64,000 nt of DNA from Gammaproteobacteria bacterium (GCA_963662545.2 CAXXLL010000003.1:2624001-2688000), one strand, 5' to 3'; counted from the first letter of the stretch, positions 10,487 to 20,799 are shown. The notes: generated from the sequence alone by a model not told the origin. Numbers and translations: made by a program.

Positions 10487-11425
10487 CCGGTCCGGTCGCG
10501 GTGACAGACTGGGCCGCGGTGATGGGCGACGTGGCGATTGCCTTGCTGGGCGAGCCGAACGCGGCACTCTCGAGTGAGCGCGAGTTGCGCTACGGGCACC
10601 GGGGCAGCCTAGTGGTGCACATCGCGGGCCCGTACGCCGGCTGGTTTCGCGACCATGAGGCAGGCACGGGCGGCGGTGTGCTCGACCTCATAGGGCGTGA
10701 ACGCGGTGGCGCTCGGCACGAAGCGTGGGCTTGGCTTTGCGCACACGGTTTTCTGTCCGAACAGACCGTTCCCATACGGGAGCGCCGCCCACGAACCGTC
10801 ACGACGCATGGCACTGATGCCCAAGAGACGAGCGGCAAGCGAGCTTGTGCGCGCGCAATCTGGAAGGAAGCCCTTCCGTTGAGAGGTTCGCTCGCCGAAG
10901 CCTATCTGCACAGGCGCGGTGTGGCGGTGGCCGACGCGCCGGCGCTGCGATTCCACCCGCGACTTCGACATCCGCGCGCGCCCTATTCGTTTCTCCCCTG
11001 TCTGGTGGCGTGCGTGCAGGACTGTGGAGGGCGATTTCTCGGGATCCAGCGCACCTACCTGGAGGGCCCGGACAAGGCCCCCGGTCCAGCCGGTTCGCGC
11101 GAGTCTCGGGCGGCTCACGGGTGGTGCGGTTCGACTTGCCGAGCCGGCGGACGAGGTGCTGCTCGTCGGCGAGGGCATCGAGTCGGCCGCAGCGGCCATG
11201 CAGCAGTTCGACCTGCCCGGCTGGGCCGCGCTCGGGACCGCTGGGCTGTGTGCGCTGGTCGTGCCCGAGGCCGTCCGCGAAGTGATCATTGCCGCCGACC
11301 GCGATGCGCCCGGACTCGAAGCGGCGGCAGCGCTCGCCGAGCGGCTGGAGGCCGAGGGGCGGCGCATCACGATCGTTGCGCCCCGTGCCGGCGGTGACTT
11401 CGCCGATAAGGAGGATGGTCGATGA
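10483..11425 (+). pseudogene. Toprim-domain primase (DUF7146-like + Toprim), frameshifted
   Basis: Frame 1: ELRYG..GSL, AEAYL..RG, GIQRTYL. Frame 2: GGAVRL, VGEGIES, IIAADRD..G, GDFAD. An extra C in the C5 run at 11078-11082 breaks DKAPVQPVRASLG. Confidence 0.82.
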
Positions 11426-13128
11426 GCAGGTCAACGAAGGATGTCGGCATCCTGAACATATTTGAGGCGAAGCGCGAGGCGGCGATCCTCAGGCAGTTGC
11501 CTGAAGACTGGGTGGCGCTCGTCGAGCGTTCAAGACTGGACCCGGGCGCGCCGTTGGAGAAACCGGCCATTAAGCGTCTCAAGACACTACGCGCCGAGGA
11601 CGCGCCCACTTGGGCGCGACTGCGGCAACTACTCAAGGCTCTCAATGTGCCGGTCACGGAGCTTGACCGCCAGACCCGCCTGGCCGAGCCGGGCCACAAG
11701 GGGGGCTCAGCGCAAGTCCGTCGCTTGCTCGACATGGTCGAACGCGACTGCACTCTGTTTCACTGCGGAGATGAGGCGTTCGCCGAGTTCGAGCACGACG
11801 GGCACCGTCAATCGTGGCCGGTGCCCTCGCAGGGCTTTAGCGCGTGGCTTCGGGCGCGATACTTCGAAGCATCCGACGGCGGCGCGCCAAACAACGAGGC
11901 GTTGCAAACGGCGATCGGCACGATCGCGGCACGGGCGCAGTTTCGAGGCCTGGCGCGCGAGGTCTATCGTCGTGTCGGCTCGGAGGCCGGCCGGCTTTAT
12001 CTCGACCTCTGCAATGACGCCTGGCAGGCCGTCGAGATCGACGCGACCAGGTGGCGCTGCGTTGACCGTCCGGCGGTGCGGTTTATCCGCACGCGGCACA
12101 TGCGCGCACTGCCCGAGCCCAAGCGCAATGGGCAGATCGAAGCCCTCCGAGCGTTTCTCAATCTGGCCGGCGATGACGACTTCAACCTCGCCGTAGCTTG
12201 GCTCTTGGCGGCACTCCGCCCGACCGGCCCGTATCCGGTGCTGGTGCTGACGGGTGAGCAAGGGTCGGCCAAGAGCACGTGCGCACGGATGCTGCGTGCC
12301 CTTGTCGACCCCCATGAGGCGGCGCTGCGTGCACCGCCGCGCAATGAACACGAACTGTTCATCGCAGCGCGCAACGCACACGTGCTGGCGTTCGACAACC
12401 TGAGCACGGTCTCGCCGTGGCTGTCGGATGCGCTATCCCGGCTCGCAACAGGGGCCGGGTTCGCTGCGCGCAAGTTGTACACCGACGACGAGGAGAACGT
12501 GATCAGCGCGGAACGCCCCACGATCCTGAACAGTATCGATGCCGTCGTGACGCGAAGTGATTTGGCAGACCGGGCACTTGTCCTGACGCTCGAGGCCATC
12601 CCGGATACGCACCGCAAGCGGGAATCCGTTTTGTGGGCCGACTTCGAGCGAGCGCGCCCTCACATCCTCGGTGCCCTGCTCGATGCGATGGTGGTGGGGC
12701 TGAATCGGCTTGAGGAGGTGCGGCTCGACGAGCTACCGCGGATGGCGGACTTCGCCGAGTGGGCGGTGGCGTGTGAGCCCGGGATGTTCGACGAGGGCGC
12801 GTTCCTGCGTGCGTATGCACTTAATCGCAAGGGCGCCGTCACGACCGTGATGGATGCCAGCCCGGTCGCTAGCGCGATCTGCGACCTGATGCGAAAGAGG
12901 CGAGGTCAGGTCTGGGAAGGGACAGCGACCGAGCTGTACCGTGAACTAACCGGGCCCGTCGATAAGCGCGTGATGAAAACTCCGGGATGGCCCGTCAATG
13001 CACAAACGCTGAGCCGGTGTCTGAACACCGTCACCTCGGCGCTGCGGCCGGTCGGGATCACGGTCGGCCGACAGAAGAGCGGCCAGCGTTTGATTTGGCT
13101 ATCCGGCTCACCGGAAGGGAAACACTGA
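11422..13128 (+). CDS. P-loop ATPase / putative replicative helicase of the satellite
   Basis: Walker A GEQGSAKS, Walker B LAFDN, RKLYTDDEE, DLADR, LPRMADF; ATGA overlap with the primase. Confidence 0.85.
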   Translation: MSRSTKDVGILNIFEAKREAAILRQLPEDWVALVERSRLDPGAPLEKPAIKRLKTLRAEDAPTWARLRQLLKALNVPVTELDRQTRLAEPGHKGGSAQVRRLLDMVERDCTLFHCGDEAFAEFEHDGHRQSWPVPSQGFSAWLRARYFEASDGGAPNNEALQTAIGTIAARAQFRGLAREVYRRVGSEAGRLYLDLCNDAWQAVEIDATRWRCVDRPAVRFIRTRHMRALPEPKRNGQIEALRAFLNLAGDDDFNLAVAWLLAALRPTGPYPVLVLTGEQGSAKSTCARMLRALVDPHEAALRAPPRNEHELFIAARNAHVLAFDNLSTVSPWLSDALSRLATGAGFAARKLYTDDEENVISAERPTILNSIDAVVTRSDLADRALVLTLEAIPDTHRKRESVLWADFERARPHILGALLDAMVVGLNRLEEVRLDELPRMADFAEWAVACEPGMFDEGAFLRAYALNRKGAVTTVMDASPVASAICDLMRKRRGQVWEGTATELYRELTGPVDKRVMKTPGWPVNAQTLSRCLNTVTSALRPVGITVGRQKSGQRLIWLSGSPEGKH

Positions 13129-13208
13129 AGGGCGTCCCCATGCGCGCGGGGCGGTGGTGGAGAGACACGTGCACCCATCCCTGAACGAACACCATAGGAG
13201 CACCATTG

Positions 13209-13742
13209 ATGAAGCACACCGAAATGATGGCCTTGTCAAATCGGGGGGGCACACGCACCGCGGTGGAACGCGCGAGCGCGTGGCTGCTGTCGCACTTGGA
13301 GGCGGGCAGCTGCTTGGACGCCGCCGGCTGGGTGTCGGCACGCGCGATTGAGTTGGCGCGTTCGAAGACCGGCGTGAGCCGTGCCGCGCTGAACAAGGCG
13401 CGCCGATGGTTACAGCAAACCGGAGACATCGAGAAACGGCGTCGCGGCTTTCAAGGTCCGTGGATGTATCGCGTGGTGGCCTCGAAGTCCAGGCACTGTC
13501 CGGTGTGCGGTGCGGTCAACGGTGTGCCGGCCCCGGCCCCTGCCGAGCCGGTGTCGACCCAGCCTGCGGTGGCGATCCGCTACCTTGGTCGGCGGTCCTG
13601 GTACGCTGATGGATTGTATGGGACCGGCCTCATATGGCACGGCCCCGGTGACATCCAGCCGCTCGCCGACATAGACAAGGCACGGCGCATGGCCCGGAAT
13701 CACCCGGATGCCTATGAGCTCGTCGAGGTCGAGTCCGACTGA
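13209..13742 (+). CDS. Hypothetical protein (wHTH-like + CxxC + phage-type C-terminal domain)
   Basis: AGGAG RBS; GVSRAALNKAR, CPVC, IRYLGRR..DGLYGTGLIW. Confidence 0.65.
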   Translation: MKHTEMMALSNRGGTRTAVERASAWLLSHLEAGSCLDAAGWVSARAIELARSKTGVSRAALNKARRWLQQTGDIEKRRRGFQGPWMYRVVASKSRHCPVCGAVNGVPAPAPAEPVSTQPAVAIRYLGRRSWYADGLYGTGLIWHGPGDIQPLADIDKARRMARNHPDAYELVEVESD

Positions 13743-14317
13743 CCGCGTTCAGGCGCCTGAGCCAAGGCAAACAAACGGCGCACAAGACCTGTTCCAACTG
13801 CCAACCGCTGAAACGCAAAGAGTCACCAAGACCGTAACAAACAGCGTCGCACCTGCGGTCCGGTTGCCTCGTTGGGCCCACCTCCAGCGGAAAACGAGGG
13901 CAATATTGCTCAGCATGAAGAAGCGACCTTCAAAGCCGGTTGACACACTCGCGGCTGCCAACCTTTTGCGTCACCGTTGACAAAGTGACCACTAAGCACC
14001 CATAGCCGTTGTCGTTTATTCGTCAACACCTATATACGATTGACGATCTCAACGTCGCTATAGCACACCGCCCACCGTGACAACTCATGTGGTCCGCCCT
14101 GTCGGGCCACCCGCTGAACACAACAGCTGTTCAATGCAGCGCTGGGTAGCTCCCGGTGCTGGGCGAATAAGCGGGACTTTCCGGGATCACGTGGGTTGTC
14201 GAGAGCTTAACCTACAGGTTCAGCCGCTCCAACGCGTCTCGCGACCGCCCCCACCACGACCGCGCTGTAGTCAGTGCACTCCGCGCCCGGCGTGCCCGAC
14301 CTCGCTTTCAGACAATT

Positions 14318-15034
14318 TCATGCGGCCACCTCACACGGCCCCAAGCGAAGCTCCGCCAAAATCAAATTGTCTTTGAACACGTTCACCTCAACCGTCGAGG
14401 AGGTAAACCGTGGGGGCAGCCGCGTTTCCGAGGATACCGTAACTTGGTAGGAGGACGGCCAACTTTCCCCCGATGCAACGACCTCATGCACGGCGCCGCA
14501 CAAGGCGATACTAAGAACGCGCCCGTCGAAGTTGAACGTCATCTCGGCCTCCCCGGCAATCTCGGACAGAGCAGCTTGCAGCTTACGCCGAAGGGGGCGG
14601 GCATACTCCCGGTCGATGAAACACTTAGGGCTTGCTTGGTAGGCCGCCCGGTAGGCCTCTAACCTTTCCTGACTCGCCTGTTCCTCTCGGACGGCCGGCA
14701 CGAGGTCCCAGTGGCGTTCTCCCTCCAGAAACCAAGCTGGCAAGGGCTCTAGATCGGACCGGTCCGATTTGAGAACGTAGCTTACCCAGGCCGCGGCTTC
14801 CTGAGGGGTCCCGAGACTTGCCGGAAGGTGGTGCTCTATTTGGCTCAGAGTACGCCCGGTATTGAGAACACCGTTGAGAAGCACCTCGGGCTGAAAATAC
14901 CTACTTATTGTGGCGGAGGCCTTCAAGTCGAGATAGCGAAACCGATAGCCGACGGTTTCCATGCCGAATTCGGGCTCCCGGTGCTCAAAGCCGAGCGCGA
15001 CCAAGGCGTCTAGGGTTGGGTATTTGTCGCTCAC
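14318..15034 (-). CDS. Hypothetical protein translationally coupled to an hsdS remnant
   Basis: 238 aa; GTG start overlaps the hsdS stop (GTGA). Confidence 0.75.
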   Translation of the reverse strand: MSDKYPTLDALVALGFEHREPEFGMETVGYRFRYLDLKASATISRYFQPEVLLNGVLNTGRTLSQIEHHLPASLGTPQEAAAWVSYVLKSDRSDLEPLPAWFLEGERHWDLVPAVREEQASQERLEAYRAAYQASPKCFIDREYARPLRRKLQAALSEIAGEAEMTFNFDGRVLSIALCGAVHEVVASGESWPSSYQVTVSSETRLPPRFTSSTVEVNVFKDNLILAELRLGPCEVAA

Positions 15035-15300
15035 GCCGCGGCCTCCACGGCTTCTTCGGCGTTCGACAGGCTAATTTCGCCCCCGATGAGTTTTGGGAAG
15101 AGCGTTTGACGAAGCTGGGCAAGCGTGCGGCCCTTCGGTGTATTGGCGACTGTTCGATCCAATAGCGACTCTGCGATACCGGCGAAGATACTCAACAACG
15201 CTTGGCCCGGTTGGAGCATTCGAAACGTGTCGGTACCCAACCTTCCGAAATGGCTCACAGCCGTTCCAACCTTACCGAGTTCAAAGAACCGGAGTTATCC
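15031..15300 (-). pseudogene. hsdS: Type I restriction-modification specificity subunit, C-terminal fragment
   Basis: KVGTAVSH...TLAQLRQTLFPKLIGGEI..AEEAVEAAA matches the LRDTLLPKLISGE end motif; upstream part degenerate or missing. Confidence 0.75.
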
Positions 15301-15662
15301 ACTCAATCCGTCCCGTAATGGCTGACGCCCGACAGAAGAAAACTGAACTGGCCAGATGCTGACCCTCAGGCTGGACCATCTAAAGGACCCCGGCCGACCC
15401 AACCGGCGGTAAACAAAGCCGCAATGTTCACCGATGCAAAATAAAAATCACGTGTCATCTTTTTGCACTCGACCGGGCACAAATTTTCCCCGATATCCGC
15501 GCCGCTCCCAATTGTCACATGACAGCATAACCTCATGACACTCGCCGATCGTGTCCATCCAGATGGTCGGCTGGTGTACTTCGAACTCGTAGCGAATGGA
15601 TCGGGCACGGGATGCGCGTACCACAGCCCGCGCGACGCTTCCTGGCGGCGGCTTCCTGTTCG

Positions 15663-16100
15663 CTACCACTCGAGGAAGGGCGTTTCGGCAATCACCTGAT
15701 CGACGATGGCTTCGGCTTTCGGCCCCATCGGCATCGATGGCTGGAAGGTCGGCCGAAGCTTTCCTTTGAAAGGCGGCGGAATGAATCCCGTGCGCGAAAG
15801 TTTTGCCTCGCGTACACCCCATTCTTCCCCGTCCGTCAGCGTAATGAGGATTTCCGTCACCATATATTCCTTGCCATGGATATGGATATAGCCGCCCTGG
15901 GGCGCAAACCGAAGCGCGTCCACGCGCAACTGTTCCCTTTTCCGCAGTGTTTCTGGATTAAAGGCGAAATAGTGGCTGGTGGTTCCCCAGTTGAGGCTAT
16001 CCGTTTCGTGGGTCACCAAGACATGAACGACACGGCGTCCGTCCGCCATCCATCTCGCCGCTTCTTCATCTTCCCGCGCGACCGCGTAGAGTGTGTGTTC
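15663..16100 (-). pseudogene. Hypothetical protein, 5'-truncated by IS6
   Basis: Frame stays open from the IS6 end at 16100 (EHTLYAVAREDEEAARWMADG...) to the stop at 15663. Confidence 0.55.
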
Positions 16101-16813
16101 GGCATTGTCAGACTAACTGGGTCGGACCGGTAGAACCTGCAATCGAGGCCTTTTAAGCTGTAAGTTGACACCACTCAGCCAGGGCAGCGGCTCGAGCTTG
16201 TTTGAAAATAGCGCGGCGGTTGAGGTGGCGTTGGTGGTTGAAATGGTTATAGATCGAGGCATGGACGGCGGCGAATTTCTGTAGGGTCTTGATGTCTCTG
16301 AAGCGCGCCATTGCCCCTTCCCGCCTTCGAAAGGGCTGATGTGAGTTTTCTGCCCGGTTGTTCAGCCAACGCCCGGTCTCTTGGCAACCTTCGTTGCCGA
16401 GCACCTTCATCGCAGCACGGTATGACGGTAGCCTATCCGTGACGATCGAAGCCGGCCGGCCATAACGCTTCATCGTGCCCTTCAGGAACTCAAGCGCAGC
16501 CTTGCGGTCCCGCCGTTTCGTCACAAAACCCTCAAGGACTTCGCCTTCATGGTCAACGGCACGCCATAGGTAATGTGTCTTGCCGTTGATGCGGACAAAC
16601 ACTTCATCAAGGTGCCAGCGCCAGTTCGAATAGGATCCATGATGAACACGGCGTGTCCGGATCTCCGCGGCAAACAGCGAACCAAAGCGGTTCCACCAAT
16701 ACCGCACGGTCTCATAGCAGATCTCGATGCCGCGCTCGAACAGGAGATCTTCGACCTGTCTCAGCGACAAAGGGTATCGGACATACAACATCACCGCGAA
16801 GCGGAGTAACCGG

Positions 16814-18397
16814 TCAAACGGCGGCGTCTGGTAATTGATCTCGTGTTGCGGTAACGACGGCCAAGTTAGAACGCAGCGGTTGGGTAGCGAACAATGTCTT
16901 CCACACCCGAGGCGTGAGTTGTTCCACTGCGCTATCCGGATGGATCGCGATCCTCTGGAGTACATCAACCAGGTAGGTGTACGGATTAATGCCGTGTATT
17001 CGGCAAGTACAGATCAAACTTTGTATGATCCCAACGTGTTCAGCGCCCACCTCAGTCCAACAGAACATCCAATTCTTTCGGCCCATCGGAATGGGTCTCA
17101 GAGCGCGCTCTAAATGATTCGTGTCGATCGCGACGCTCGCATCCGATAAGTAAACACGTAACGCGCCCTCACGCTCGGCTGCATAGGCCAGCGCCTTCGT
17201 AAACGGCTGACTCGGTAATAAACCCATGCACTGGCGTTGCTCGTCAAGCCAGGCAAAAAATGCATCAACCGCAGGCAAGGCGTACCGGCTGCGGTAGGTC
17301 TGGGTCGCCGCTTCATCCATTGCCTGGTCACGGATGGTGGCCTCAACGGCATACAGTGCCGCGATCAAATCAAGTGCCTGCGCCGCACTTTGTGGCCTAT
17401 CGGATAATGCCCTTTCGAACTGACGACGCGTGTGCGCCCAGCATTGCGCATGCACGACTTCATCGCCGCGATCGGCGGCAAAACGCGCATAAGCCGCGGC
17501 GCCATCGGTTAGTAAGGTGCCTTTAAAGTCCACCAACGTTTTGTCGATGTGCGACCGCGCCTTGGTTCGCGCAAACGTGAACGCAATCTCATCCGCTTCG
17601 CCATAAATTGGCCAATACCACGCCGCGTTCATCTTGCCCTTGCCCGAGCGACCCGCCTTAATCGGCGTTTCATCCATCGCCAGCGTCTTCGATAACAAGA
17701 TATGCCGCAACTGCGCCAGATAAATCGGCTTCAACAGGTCACTTGCCTTCTGCACCCAGTGCGTCAGACTCGACCGCGCCACGGTAATGCCGTTCAGCCC
17801 CATTCGTTGATGTTGACGGTACAGCGGCAGGTGATAAGCGAACTTATCAACCAGCATCCCCGCAACCACACTCACATCCGCCAATGAGCCGGACCACAGA
17901 CCATCGGGCGCCGGGATCGTGAAGATCTGACCGTCGCTTTTGCGCTTCACTACCGGTTGGATGTACTTCAAGACCACATAGGCCGCCGGCCGTTGCGCTA
18001 AACGATAGGTGATCTTTTCACTGCTCGCTTCAAACGCATCCGCGACATCTTCAGGTACCGACAATTGGATGCATTCAATCGGCACCGAGTCATCGAAACG
18101 TAACCCTTGATCAGTCACACAATCATCGCCACGGCGCTTTCCTTTGCGCCGCTGATAAGTGATCGTTTCTTTCTCAACCGCCGCCGTCGATGACGACTCA
18201 TCCTCGAAGCCATTGAGTAACCGTTGATCGGGATTGGGATCAATCAGCCGCCGTTCAGACTTGCGACCGAACAGTTGGCGTTTGAACCAGTCGAGTTGTT
18301 GGGTGAGTGTGGCGACCTGCGTTTTGAGGGCTGTGTTTTCCGCTTGTAACACCGCCGCATCAAGTGATATTTCCGGCGTTGCATAACCCCCATTCAT
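16814..18397 (-). CDS. tnpC: IS66 transposase TnpC
   Basis: LFGRKSE, HLPLYRQ, MDET, LLTDG, CWAHTRR, NHLERALR, GRKNW. Confidence 0.93.
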   Translation of the reverse strand: MNGGYATPEISLDAAVLQAENTALKTQVATLTQQLDWFKRQLFGRKSERRLIDPNPDQRLLNGFEDESSSTAAVEKETITYQRRKGKRRGDDCVTDQGLRFDDSVPIECIQLSVPEDVADAFEASSEKITYRLAQRPAAYVVLKYIQPVVKRKSDGQIFTIPAPDGLWSGSLADVSVVAGMLVDKFAYHLPLYRQHQRMGLNGITVARSSLTHWVQKASDLLKPIYLAQLRHILLSKTLAMDETPIKAGRSGKGKMNAAWYWPIYGEADEIAFTFARTKARSHIDKTLVDFKGTLLTDGAAAYARFAADRGDEVVHAQCWAHTRRQFERALSDRPQSAAQALDLIAALYAVEATIRDQAMDEAATQTYRSRYALPAVDAFFAWLDEQRQCMGLLPSQPFTKALAYAAEREGALRVYLSDASVAIDTNHLERALRPIPMGRKNWMFCWTEVGAEHVGIIQSLICTCRIHGINPYTYLVDVLQRIAIHPDSAVEQLTPRVWKTLFATQPLRSNLAVVTATRDQLPDAAV

Positions 18398-18415
18398 GGG
18401 TACGTATTGTACCGT

Positions 18416-18784
18416 TTACACTGCTGACCGTCGATCGTTTTCCGGTAATCGAAACCGTTTTAATCGACGCACTGAGCGTAGATCGATCCCTTCAATAATG
18501 CACTGCCATTCGCTGCGTTGCAGCCGCTGTTTGACCTCGCTATTCCACCGAACCTGGAACTGACCGCGTTCGAGTTTCTTACTCCACAGACAATATCCGT
18601 CCGACTCAAAGTACAGCGCTTTTAATAACGTACGCCGGCGATTGACGAAAACGTACAGTGCCCCATCGAGGGGCTCCTCGTGTAACGCCTGCCGCACCAA
18701 CGCCGATAAACCATGGAACGATTGACGCATATCAGTCGGTGCCCGACATAACCATATACGCAAACCCGATGGGGGCGACCACAT
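18416..18784 (-). CDS. tnpB: IS66 accessory protein TnpB
   Basis: PTDMRQSFHGL, FVNRRR, KKLERG. Confidence 0.92.
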   Translation of the reverse strand: MWSPPSGLRIWLCRAPTDMRQSFHGLSALVRQALHEEPLDGALYVFVNRRRTLLKALYFESDGYCLWSKKLERGQFQVRWNSEVKQRLQRSEWQCIIEGIDLRSVRRLKRFRLPENDRRSAV

Positions 18785-19074
18785 CAGTGCCGTGACACAC
18801 GTAGCACGATGTCATCACCGAGCGCTAACTCGATATCCCATTGTGCATTGGTTAATGGTTGTAACGGGGCCAACTCGACGAAACGTGTTTCCGCCTTCCC
18901 TATCTGAGCGTCCCTCGCTGACCTCGACTTCCTTTTACTGAACGTCGAATATCCAATTCCTCGCTCAGCACAGAATGCGCGGATCGATGAACCGCTTTGT
19001 GCCTGCTCCGCTAATAGGCCACGCCACTCATCCGCACTACGTCGTTTGTTCCGAGGTTTTCCGTGATCATTCAT
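18784..19074 (-). CDS. tnpA: IS66 accessory protein TnpA (HTH)
   Basis: EWRGLLAEQAQSGSSIRAFC, FVEL; first gene of the IS66. Confidence 0.85.
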   Translation of the reverse strand: MNDHGKPRNKRRSADEWRGLLAEQAQSGSSIRAFCAERGIGYSTFSKRKSRSARDAQIGKAETRFVELAPLQPLTNAQWDIELALGDDIVLRVSRH

Positions 19075-19441
19075 TTACCAAGCTCCCGATTGACTGGGAA
19101 ACCTGGCAAACTAAACCATCTGCCCGAGACCGTGAATAACGGCCTGGATTGACCGGTTACGAAGCGGATCACTTCGGGCGAACTGTTGAAATAACGGAAA
19201 GGATTGTGCATCACCGGAGGCTACGAGGCCTTACTTTTCAGCTCAAGCCTATTTACTCTGACAATGCGATCATCCGTGCACCCGCCGCGATGAGCAGTCC
19301 TTCGACCGCCGCCCATTAAGGGAACGGCTCGTTGCGAAGCTCGCCCCATAAGCACACTCTTTCCTATTCTTCGGCCCTGTAGTCCTCGGTTCTGCCCTTC
19401 CCGTCGCCGATTACCGCCGGTCTCCAGGTGACGGCGCCGCG

Positions 19442-19651
19442 TTGACCGTTGCGGCGCCCTCGTCCATGTTCCCGACCACATTCCGAGTGTTCGGCTGGCT
19501 CGCGATCGCGGCGGCAGTCGCTCTGCCGTTCGTGGGCAGGGTGCGCATCAACGCGCTGCTTGGCTGGTTCGAAGGGAAGCCAACGTTCTTGATCCGGATC
19601 TGGTTAATCTTCGGCGTCGCGGTCGGCGCGTTCCTGGTTCACGCCGTCTGA
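19442..19651 (+). pseudogene. Membrane protein C-terminal fragment
   Basis: Two hydrophobic helices; no convincing start or RBS. Confidence 0.45.
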
Positions 19652-19662
19652 TCCAGATTGAA

Positions 19663-19800
19663 TCAAGGGCGGCACGGCGCCGGGCGCCAGTTCGAGCCGT
19701 CCGCCTCGCGCTTGAAGTTCGAGCTGATGATGAACGGCTCCGTCAGATAGGTCGGGTTGCGGAGTCCAAATGCATCCCAGTCATCGTGAAGTTCGGAGCA
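19663..19800 (-). pseudogene. C-terminal relic of a conserved hypothetical protein
   Basis: PTYLTEPFIISSNFKREADGSNWRPAPC reads like a natural C-terminus; no plausible 5' part. Confidence 0.35.
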
Positions 19801-19876
19801 TGCCTGACCACGCACGTGTTCCGTAGACAGAGCGTCATGCCGTCCCTTAGAAACAGATGACGGAACAGGCACTCAA

Positions 19877-20635
19877 CTAATGCGGCCGGTGCTTGGAATT
19901 ACTGTGTTGCGTTTCCGGCGCAAAGTCCAGCCGTATCCCCCGAGGTTTGGGTGGCGGGTCTTTTCTGGACTTGATCCAGTTTAAAAGAGGTTGCCATTGA
20001 GAGATGTCTTTGCGCGCACGGGACGACGCAAGCTCGTGGACGCCAAGCCCGCGATCGGTGGCGTGCAAGTAGTTCTGGGTGTCGCGCAAAACCGTCACCA
20101 ATTCGATGTCCAGGCTGTCCAGGAAGCTCATCAGTTTGCGGTACATGATGGTCTTTTCCCGGACTCTGTTTGCAATCACGCCGAGCTTGCCCGATGAACG
20201 GCTGACTTTGGCAACCAGCAGCAGGTCGGCCATCAGATGCGACGCGGCGTGAATGTCGGTGTCTGAGGTCAAAACCGGCACCAGAATCGCATCTGCCGAC
20301 TGGGTAAACTCGCACAGCCGCCGCACCCCAAGACCCGCCGGTGTGTCTACAATCAACTGCCTAACCTCTGCCGGTACACTGAGTTGCCAGCTACGGGTCT
20401 TGCGGGAATTGAAGTGGTAAGCGGCAATGCCGTGTATCGCCGGCCGCTCGGGTGGACGCTTGTCGAGCCAATGCATGCTCGACCCCTGAGGATCGCAATC
20501 CATCAGGGCCGGAGCGCCTTCCATCAGGGCAAAACAGCTTGCCAGATTGGTGCACAGGGTGGTCTTGCCCGAACCCCCTTTGGGGTTGAGCACGACAATC
20601 TTGAGCAGATCACGACGGCTGGGGATAGTGATCAT
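19877..20635 (-). CDS. ParA/Soj family ATPase (no parB nearby)
   Basis: NPKGGSGKTT, DCDPQGS, IVDTPAG; start uncertain (20635 or 20713). Confidence 0.88.
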   Translation of the reverse strand: MITIPSRRDLLKIVVLNPKGGSGKTTLCTNLASCFALMEGAPALMDCDPQGSSMHWLDKRPPERPAIHGIAAYHFNSRKTRSWQLSVPAEVRQLIVDTPAGLGVRRLCEFTQSADAILVPVLTSDTDIHAASHLMADLLLVAKVSRSSGKLGVIANRVREKTIMYRKLMSFLDSLDIELVTVLRDTQNYLHATDRGLGVHELASSRARKDISQWQPLLNWIKSRKDPPPKPRGIRLDFAPETQHSNSKHRPH

Positions 20636-20799
20636 TTGCCGGAAACCAGTGTATGTTTTGCCTGAGTGTTCCTGAGTATGCGCCTGGTAACTGGATTCAT
20701 CCACCCGGCTCAAGCCGATTTACTCTCTCATGTGAATAGTAAGGTCAACCCTTGACGCCAAGGACGACCGCTCGCGCCCGTGGCGCGCGGCTCCAATCT

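Larger units (their letters stand above)
6321..13742 (+). mobile_element. Phage-satellite/PICI-like integrative module
   Basis: Co-oriented int, hypothetical, DUF932, Xis/AlpA HTH, Toprim primase, ATPase/helicase, HTH; no capsid or tail genes. Confidence 0.7.
16806..19160 (-). mobile_element. IS66 family element, complete
   Basis: TIRs GTAACCGGTCAA / TTGACCGGTTAC; 8-bp TSD GAAGCGGA at 16798-16805 and 19161-19168. Confidence 0.95.
16153..19211 (-). pseudogene. IS6 transposase split by IS66 (pieces 19169-19211 and 16153-16805)
   Basis: MHNPFRYFNSSPEVIRF joins AVMLYVRYPLSLRQVEDLL; WHLDE, IVTD, NNRAENSH DDE motifs. Confidence 0.88.
16101..19268 (-). mobile_element. IS6 family element interrupted by IS66
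   Basis: TIRs GGCATTGTCAGACTAA (16101) and TTACTCTGACAATGCG (to 19268); no target duplication seen. Confidence 0.85.

Noticed and set aside
14200-14235. attC-like end (minus strand GCGGCTGAACCTGTAGGTTAAGC)
   Set aside because: No matching RYYYAAC half-site, no cassette array and no integron integrase
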